Shown here piece by piece: positions 58,009 to 64,000 of a DNA stretch of 64,000 nucleotides. Source of the stretch: a virus. Taxonomy: Duplodnaviria > Heunggongvirae > Uroviricota > Caudoviricetes. The translations under genes and the position numbers were made by a program. The stretch is from positions 29,796 through 93,795 of the IMG/VR virus record IMGVR_UViG_3300045988_024527. One strand, given 5' to 3'. Each line of letters starts with the position of its first letter. Position 1 is the first letter of the stretch. The notes beneath the pieces are model-generated. The model was given only the letters and a program-made list of their open reading frames with translations. It had not been told where the DNA came from and made no database searches.

Positions 58009-58437
58009 ATGAGAGATGAAGTATACAAATCACAACTTGGTATGAGTTTAGGAACTGCACAAAACAGACTAGTAAAAGATTTGCTATTCGATTTGATATG
58101 TAAAACAAATCAAAATATATGTTTTCAGTGCGGAAAAGAAATGACTAGGGATGATTTCTCCATCGAGCATAAGATTCCGTGGAGACATAGTGAAAATGCA
58201 AAAGAGCTTTTCTTTTCATTAGATAATATTTCTTATAGTCATCTTAAATGTAATATGAAAGCAGCAAGACCAGCACAGGTATATGATAGGAAGCCTAAAC
58301 CAATTAAACACGGCACTGCACACAGCTACTCTAAAGGTTGTAGATGCGAGGAGTGTAGGCTGGCTAAGAATGCTGAGGGCAGGAAGCACTATAACCCAGA
58401 AAGGCGTAGGAAGAAGTATTTAAGAAATGGTACATAG
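58009..58437 (+). CDS. HNH endonuclease
   Basis: CFQCGKEM..FSIEHKIPW..HLKCN HNH motif; start set after tRNA-Tyr (track ORF 57916 overlaps tRNA). Confidence 0.6.
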   Translation: MRDEVYKSQLGMSLGTAQNRLVKDLLFDLICKTNQNICFQCGKEMTRDDFSIEHKIPWRHSENAKELFFSLDNISYSHLKCNMKAARPAQVYDRKPKPIKHGTAHSYSKGCRCEECRLAKNAEGRKHYNPERRRKKYLRNGT

Positions 58438-58443
58438 GGTTTT

Positions 58444-58519
58444 GGGGTGTTAGTTTAGACGGGTAAAATACTGGATTGTCTCTCCTGAGCCGCGAGTTCG
58501 ATTCTCGCACACCTCGCCA
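58444..58519 (+). tRNA. tRNA, anticodon unresolved (non-canonical anticodon arm; GUC/Asp possible)
   Basis: clear acceptor GGGGTGT/ACACCTC, T-arm GCGAG-TTCGATT-CTCGC and CCA; anticodon stem not clean. Confidence 0.4.
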
Positions 58520-58946
58520 ATTTTGAGAGGGCTATTTAGCCCCTCCCTTAAAGGGTTCTTACGAGTATCCTTTAAAGGAGCAGAAGACCAAATACAGCAA
58601 GTTACTTAAAATTTCAAGCCAATTCAATTTTGAAAAATTTAAAACTTGGTCTGGCTCAACAAATTTACAGAAGACCGTTTACAGCAAAACTTAAACAATC
58701 TATTTCTCCGGTAAAGAAAAGGCGAAGGTTCGATTCCTTCACTCGGCAGATGTCGAGTTGGTGTAATGGTAGCACTTAAGATGATAAACAACGGTCTGGT
58801 AATTATCTTTGTAGATAAGTTATTAAGCTTCCCTGTGAGTATGCGACCACAAAGGTGAAGGGTAAATTCTAGATTTAAACCCAAAAAGGCACATCGCTAC
58901 AGACCTTAAGCAAGTCTGGGTAGCTTATCTACAAAGATAATTTAAT

Positions 58947-59022
58947 GGAAGTGTAGCAGAATGGTGATGCGGCAGACTTTTAATCTGACAGGCGATGGGT
59001 TCGAATCCCTCCACTTCTACCA
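58947..59022 (+). tRNA. tRNA-Lys (anticodon UUU)
   Basis: acceptor GGAAGTG/CACTTCT, anticodon loop CTTTTAA, T-loop TTCGAAT, CCA. Confidence 0.5.
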
Positions 59023-59026
59023 ATAT

Positions 59027-59103
59027 GGTTCAGTCGCAGATAAGGTAATGCAAGGGTCTCATAAGCCCTATGAATGTGGGTTCGATTCCCATCTGAACCT
59101 CCA
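59027..59103 (+). tRNA. tRNA-Met (anticodon CAU)
   Basis: acceptor GGTTCAG/CTGAACC, anticodon stem AGGGT/GCCCT loop CTCATAA, T-arm GTGGG-TTCGATT-CCCAT, CCA. Confidence 0.55.
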
Positions 59104-59111
59104 ATTTATAG

Positions 59112-59606
59112 GTGATACTTATGATTTGTGCTAACAAAGATTGCGGAAATGAAGCCGTTAAAGGTGGAAAATTTTGCTCACGCTCTTGTTCTGCAAAAGT
59201 GAACAACAAGAAACACCCAAAGAGAAGTCAGGAAGGCTCTTGCCATTCATGCGGAAAGGTAACGCCAAAAGCGAGAAAATACTGTGACGAATGTATTGCA
59301 GGTGGAGTCATGAAAAAACATAAGACCCATCATGAAAAAAGCAAAGCCAAATCACTGCACGTTAAAAAGTCTCGTGACAGACTGAAGAAGGCTTTAGTTG
59401 ATTACAAGGGTGGTTGTTGTTCAATTTGTGGTTACAATAGGTGCATAAAGGCTCTAGAGTTTCACCACTTAGACCCTAAGACAAAAGACTTCACAGTAAG
59501 TAAAAAACACTACTCACTGGCTACAATGCAGTCTGAAGTTGATAAGTGTGTCTTGCTTTGTGCAAATTGTCACAGAGAAGTACACGAAGGGGTAACAATG
59601 CTGTGA
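59112..59606 (+). CDS. HNH endonuclease
   Basis: EFHHLDP..CVLLCANCHREVH HNH motif plus N-terminal Cys-rich region. Confidence 0.65.
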   Translation: MILMICANKDCGNEAVKGGKFCSRSCSAKVNNKKHPKRSQEGSCHSCGKVTPKARKYCDECIAGGVMKKHKTHHEKSKAKSLHVKKSRDRLKKALVDYKGGCCSICGYNRCIKALEFHHLDPKTKDFTVSKKHYSLATMQSEVDKCVLLCANCHREVHEGVTML

Positions 59607-59675
59607 AAGCACATATGGATGTGCGTTCGGCTGATAACCGAAAGGCAGAAGGTTCGAATCCTTCTCACAGTACCA
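59600..59675 (+). tRNA. tRNA-Ile (anticodon GAU)
   Basis: D-arm GCAC-ATATGGAT-GTGC, anticodon stem TTCGG/CCGAA loop CTGATAA, T-arm GAAGG-TTCGAAT-CCTTC, CCA; 5' end overlaps HNH stop. Confidence 0.6.
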
Positions 59676-59690
59676 ATTTCAAAAAAGTTG

Positions 59691-59719
59691 TTGACATTGA
59701 GATGTGACTACTTTATAGT
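59691..59719 (+). promoter_or_regulatory. consensus sigma70 promoter
   Basis: TTGACA-17 bp-TATAGT. Confidence 0.55.
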
Positions 59720-59923
59720 AACCTTAGTTTTCGTTGCGTAGCGTCTATTTTGCAAATTTAAAATAAATGCAAACGACAATGTTTTTCTGGCAGTAGCTTG
59801 ATAGGCTAAACACCAGTGAGGTCTTCCAATCCCTCATCAAAGAATTTGGCGTACTCGCCCACGGTATGATTAATAAGGTGGGCATCTTTAAGGGCTTTCT
59901 AAGAGAGTCTTTAAAGATAATTA

Positions 59924-60005
59924 CGGGGCGTATCTCAGCTGTCTTCTAAACAGCCGTTAACCGAGTAAGTGGAGTATGCGGGTTCGAGTCCTGCCGCCTC
60001 GACCA
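59924..60005 (+). tRNA. tRNA-like gene, non-canonical (possible anticodon UCU/Arg; no clear D-arm)
   Basis: acceptor CGGGGCG/CGCCTCG, T-arm GCGGG-TTCGAGT-CCTGC, CCA; stem-loop GCTGT-CTTCTAA-ACAGC. Confidence 0.4.
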
Positions 60006-60060
60006 ATTTTGGAGAAATCATGAAAACTTGTATTAGGTGCAAACTTAGCAAGGATGAATA

Positions 60061-60175
60061 GGTAAGGTGTTGAATGTTAAAAAAAAAAAATCCCATTATT
60101 TGACGAGATAGAAAACAACTCAGTAACAAATGGTGACTCTATCGAGCTAATAAAAAAAGTACAAACTCAATCCGC
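60061..60175 (+). repeat. direct repeat copy 1 (start of plasmid unit; repeated at 63889-64000)
   Basis: GGTAAGGTGTTGAATGTTAAAAA..CCCATTATTTGACGAGATAGAAAACAACTC..GCTC near-identical except poly-A length and one substitution. Confidence 0.85.
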
Positions 60176-60995
60176 TCACTTAATACTGAGTGATATTCCT
60201 TACGGAATAGGAGCTGATGATTGGGATGTACTTCATAAAAACTCGAACAATGCCTATCTAGGTTCAAGCCCCGCACAAAAATCAGCTGGTGCCATTTTCA
60301 AAAAAAGAGGAAAGCCTATAAATGGCTGGTCTGATGCAGATAGAAAAATACCTTTAGAGTATCAACAATGGTGTGAAGAGTGGGCGAGGGAATGGTATCG
60401 TGCCTTAAAACCAGGAGCTAGTGCAATCATTTTCGCTGGTAGGAGATTTTCACACAGATGTATTTGCGCAATGGAAAATGCTGGATTTAACCTCAGAGAT
60501 ATAATCGCATGGATGCGAACAAAAGCTCCTCATCGTGCACAAAGGCTAAGCTGCGTATATGAAAGGCGTGGGGACCAATATAACAAAGAAAAATGGGACG
60601 GCTGGAGGGTTGGAAACTTACAGCCAACATTTGAGCCAATACTATGGTTTTCAAAACCCTACAAAATAGGAGGGACTATTGCTGATAACGTTCTATTGCA
60701 TGGTGTTGGAGCATATAACCAAGATGCGTTCACAGCAAGAAATGGAAAACCTGAAAATGTAATACATGCTGGCTTTGAGAGAAATGAAGGTGGATTACAT
60801 CCAACGCAGAAGCCTGTTTCGCTGATGAAAGCGCTAATAGAACTAACTACTCAAGAAGGACAGCTAGTAATAGATCCATTTAGTGGTAGCGGTTCAACTC
60901 TTGTGGCAGCAAAAGAGCTGGGCAGAAACTATATAGGCTTCGAGTTTAACCCAGCATATGTAGAAATAAGCAAAAAAAGATTAGAAGATAAATAA
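60074..60995 (+). CDS. Type II DNA methyltransferase (amino-MTase, motif IV before motif I); frameshifted in A12 tract
   Basis: motif IV SDIPYG, motif I VIDPFSGSGST; ATG at 60074 is out of frame with the body (frame opens at 60081) because of 12-A run at 60079-60090; in-frame in second copy. Confidence 0.75.
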
Positions 60996-61922
60996 CTACT
61001 TAAGTGACAGTATATTATTATCTGTCACTTTATTTATTTGGTCTATCCTACTGTCTATTTTATGCATTTTTATCAACGCACTGACAGCCTCATCCTTGGT
61101 CATCATTAGCATCCTTGTACGTTCAGAAGATAGAAATTCTATAGCCATTTTTTTTGAAACGGCAATACCCTCAGTTGTGGCTGATTTTTCATCACTCCAA
61201 AGCTCAGCTATCCTACTATCATAGCTTAACATTGTTCTATTTATATTCACCCAATATTGCACACTATCTTTGCTAGGGTTGAGTAAAGATACAGATTTAA
61301 ATATTTCACCAAGAAGGTTTTTACTATCTTCAGTTGTTGCTATAGCTGAATATCTTATGAGAACGGCCAGGTGTGTATATGTAAAAACACAAACATTTCG
61401 CAATATAGCTTGCTGATATATTTGACTTGATTTTGTTGGCAACTGATATATTGGACATACAACCATTGCAAAGTCTTTGGTATTTCTCCAACCATCCATA
61501 GCCTGAACTTTAAAGTCTTTTTGATTTTTTGCAGTTCTACTCAAGCGAAATACTTTGGCATCTGCCACAAATGAATAGCTATCGCAAACAACCTCAACAT
61601 CAGCCGCATCTGCCCTTTCAGTCAAAACAATACTATTTAACCCTAAATATTTAAAACATTCTGATATCAGTGCATCTGTATACTTTGAGTACAGTTTTTC
61701 TTCACTTGAATCATGATCATATGACTCAGGTATTGCTGTGCATAACCTAAGGTGGTCTAGTAATGCTTGACTTCCAGATTTCTTAACCTCATCTATTATT
61801 TCATTTTCAACTCTGCTTGAGTCGTTAACAAAGTGACCACTTAGTTTTACTATTTCATCAATCCAGTAACGCCTTCTTATTATTGCATCTTCAGTAATGA
61901 ATTTAAAATTACATAAGTCCAT
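60996..61922 (-). CDS. putative Type II restriction endonuclease
   Basis: 308 aa ORF convergent and abutting the MTase; possible PD-(D/E)xK-like CD..VADAK; no direct motif proof. Confidence 0.45.
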   Translation of the reverse strand: MDLCNFKFITEDAIIRRRYWIDEIVKLSGHFVNDSSRVENEIIDEVKKSGSQALLDHLRLCTAIPESYDHDSSEEKLYSKYTDALISECFKYLGLNSIVLTERADAADVEVVCDSYSFVADAKVFRLSRTAKNQKDFKVQAMDGWRNTKDFAMVVCPIYQLPTKSSQIYQQAILRNVCVFTYTHLAVLIRYSAIATTEDSKNLLGEIFKSVSLLNPSKDSVQYWVNINRTMLSYDSRIAELWSDEKSATTEGIAVSKKMAIEFLSSERTRMLMMTKDEAVSALIKMHKIDSRIDQINKVTDNNILSLK

Positions 61923-62394
61923 TTTTAATACCCGATATAATTAATCAATAACTCAGTATAATCTCGCGATCATAACAGATTTTTTCATCTGCCGAATAAT
62001 AGAACTATCAGTTTATATGGCTAGAGATTCGCTTGTATTTACCATAACATCCGTTGCGTGCACCGCCTGAGAGGCTCTCAGGGCGTTTCTGACGGGAAAC
62101 CGGTAAAACAGGCAACAAACTACCCGAAAACCCGCCAGAAACGCGCAGGCTCTGTTTTTACGGCATGCATGAGTATGCGCGCAAGTGCATAGCGCGGAAA
62201 TTCACGCCATTCAGCCGGGGTAAGTCCTGTTTCCGTCGTTCTTCCCACCCGAAAACGGTGAACGGGGACGCAATTTATTGCGTGGCCGTGAGGCGTTGCC
62301 GGCACAGCCGGAAAACCCGTTTTCAGCACGTTCAGGAAGGGGGCCGATGTACGAATGGTTCAGGGAACGGATCTGAGGTAATCCGGTAGTTACT

Positions 62395-62525
62395 TTGTAG
62401 TTTATCTGTAGTTTTCTTGTAGTCTATTAGTAGTCCGCCACGGTTTTTGTAGTTTTTTTGTAGTCTGCCATCACTAATGCAAAACGTTTTTTGTAGTTTA
62501 TCTGTAGTTTTTGGTTGCTCAGATG
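62395..62525 (+). repeat. iteron-like direct repeats (TTGTAGTYT units)
   Basis: TTTGTAGTTTATCTGTAGTTTT twice plus degenerate TTGTAGTCT copies. Confidence 0.6.
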
Positions 62526-62808
62526 GTCATGCTTGCATGACCATCAAAGAATAGGACGCTTTTTAGCCAAATACCCCTTAACCTACGGAGAGCGCCCTAC
62601 CAAAAAAGATGATTTTTTATCCCTTAAATGGTCATACACCATACGCAACCGCGATTTTCATCGCAATTGCATGAATTAAAAGGTAAAAACTGAATTTCCC
62701 GTTTATTTATGTAATACGCAACGTATTACAACCACCTGTAATCACATGAAAATAAAGAAATAAGATGTAATACCGGCGTATTACACGTACGCTGACCAGC
62801 GAAAAAAG

Positions 62809-62958
62809 TTATAACGCTTCCCTGCCGACAGGCGGGCCAAAATCCACCGGGGCGTGCAGGTTCTCTTCAGTAACCTGCGCCATTAAATCAAAAAGGTCAT
62901 ATTCGCCGGGAAGCTGCGTATCAGTCGCATCCCGTTGTTCATCATATTCAGATGGCAT
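62809..62958 (-). CDS. small acidic hypothetical protein (plasmid)
   Basis: 49 aa ORF with ATG, just upstream of ori region; weak. Confidence 0.25.
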   Translation of the reverse strand: MPSEYDEQRDATDTQLPGEYDLFDLMAQVTEENLHAPVDFGPPVGREAL

Positions 62959-63029
62959 GGGGTGATATCCAGTAGCTGAAAGGTTGTTAGCGGGTTTCGG
63001 GGCGCAGCCCTGAACCAGTCACGTAGCGC

Positions 63030-63860
63030 TAGCGGAGTGTATCCGAGCTTATTATGTTGGCATGAGTGCGATGATCAGGAAAGTGCTTCATGTGGCAGGA
63101 GAAAAATGCAGCAGCGGAGCGTAAGCAGAATATGCGATACAGGAGATATTCCGCTTCCTCGCTCACTGACTCGCTGCGCTCGGTCGTTCGGCTGCGGCGA
63201 GCGGTACAGGCTTACGGGCGGGGCGGAAGTGTCCGGGAAGATGCCAGGGAGAGACGGAAAAGGGAAGCGAGAAGGTCGCGGCGAAGCCGTTTTTCCATAG
63301 GCTCCGCCCCCCTGACAAGCATCGCGAAATCTGACGCTCAAATCAGTGGTGGCGAAACCCGACAGGACTTAAAGATCCCAGGCGTTTCCCCCTGGTAGCT
63401 CCCTCGTGCGCTCTCCTGTTCCTGCCTTTCGGTTTACCGGTGTCATTCCGCTGTTATGGCCGCGTTTGTCTCATTCCACGCCTGACACTCAGTTCCGGGT
63501 AGGCAGTTCGCTCCAAGCTGGACTGTATGCACGAACCCCCCGTTCAGTCCGACTGCTGCGCCTTGTCCGGTAACTATCGTCTTGAGTCCAACCCGGAAAG
63601 ACACGATAAAACGCCACTGGCAGCAGCCATTGGTAACTGATTTACGGAGCGAAGCGTTAAGTGTAATAGAGTTCTTGAAGTGAGCGGCTTACTACAGCTA
63701 CACTGGAAGGACAAATTAGGTCACTGCGCTCCGTGAAAGCCAGTTACCACGGTTCAGAAGTTCCCCAACTAACTGAACCCTGAAAAAGCCGCCTCCCCAG
63801 GCGGTTTTTTCTTTTCAAAAGGCTACGACGAAAGGTTATCCTGCGTCAAGATAACTTTGG
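63030..63860. other. ColE1/p15A-family plasmid replication origin region
   Basis: long stretches match remembered p15A/pMB1 ori (TTTTCCATAGGCTCCGCCCCCCTGACAAGCATC..GCGTTTCCCCCTGG..GTTCGCTCCAAGCTGG..CACGAACCCCCCGTTCAG). Confidence 0.85.
63711..63808 (+). ncRNA. RNA I-like antisense replication control RNA
   Basis: position and similarity to ColE1/p15A RNA I; ends in terminator GCCGCCTCCCCAGGCGG + TTTTTTC. Confidence 0.6.
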
Positions 63861-63888
63861 TAGTTATAATGAAGTGAATAAACCATTG

Positions 63889-64000
63889 GTAAGGTGTTGA
63901 ATGTTAAAAAAAATCCCATTATTTGACGAGATAGAAAACAACTCCGTAACAAATGGTGACTCTATCGAGCTAATAAAAAAAGTACAAACTCAATCCGCTC
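63889..64000 (+). repeat. direct repeat copy 2 (restart of plasmid unit, MTase 5' end in frame with 8-A tract)
   Basis: matches 60061-60175; ATG at 63899 gives MLKKIPLFDEIENNSVTNGDSIELIKKVQTQSA. Confidence 0.85.

Noticed and set aside
58639-58884. ORF 58639-58884 (-) in tRNA spacer region
   Set aside because: Overlaps tRNA-like fragments and repeats; no coding signal.
59935-60129. ORF 59935-60129 (-)
   Set aside because: Overlaps the tRNA-like gene and the phage/plasmid junction; likely spurious.
62120-62389. ORFs 62120-62329 (-) and 62165-62389 (+) in GC-rich plasmid segment
   Set aside because: Mutually overlapping, no RBS or recognisable motif; left unannotated.
63037-63398. ORFs 63037-63300 (+), 63075-63341 (-), 63090-63398 (+) in the plasmid ori
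   Set aside because: This interval matches the ColE1/p15A RNA II/origin region, which is non-coding in characterised plasmids; Arg/Gly-rich translations are typical of GC-rich non-coding DNA.

Overview
Most of this window (1 to about 60,005) is a virulent tailed-phage genome segment, about 39% GC by eye, followed by a small ColE1/p15A-type plasmid carrying a Type II restriction-modification system (about 60,061 to 64,000). The phage part encodes a replication and nucleotide-metabolism module: family A DNA polymerase, primase-helicase, SSB, flap endonuclease, ATP-dependent ligase, dNMP kinase, NrdAB, glutaredoxin, NrdD split by a group I intron, and NrdG. It also carries a PRPP-synthetase-like plus NadV-like pair, rIIA/rIIB-like genes, a macro-domain protein, lysis genes, many free-standing homing endonucleases and a cluster of about 10 tRNAs. 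The gene content fits a Felix O1-like or T5-like phage of Enterobacteriaceae; this is inferred from content only, not from any search. The most unusual region is 40.4-48.1 kb: an operator-like repeat hub with a consensus promoter, then 14 small genes of which most are preceded by a near-identical promoter/stem-loop/RBS cassette and which show different codon usage, then a 1.8 kb ORF-free repeat-dense tract. The plasmid unit (about 3.8 kb) restarts at the window end, and its methyltransferase 5' poly-A tract differs between copies (12 A, frameshifted, versus 8 A, in frame). All calls are from reading the sequence and ORF track; no database search or folding was run.
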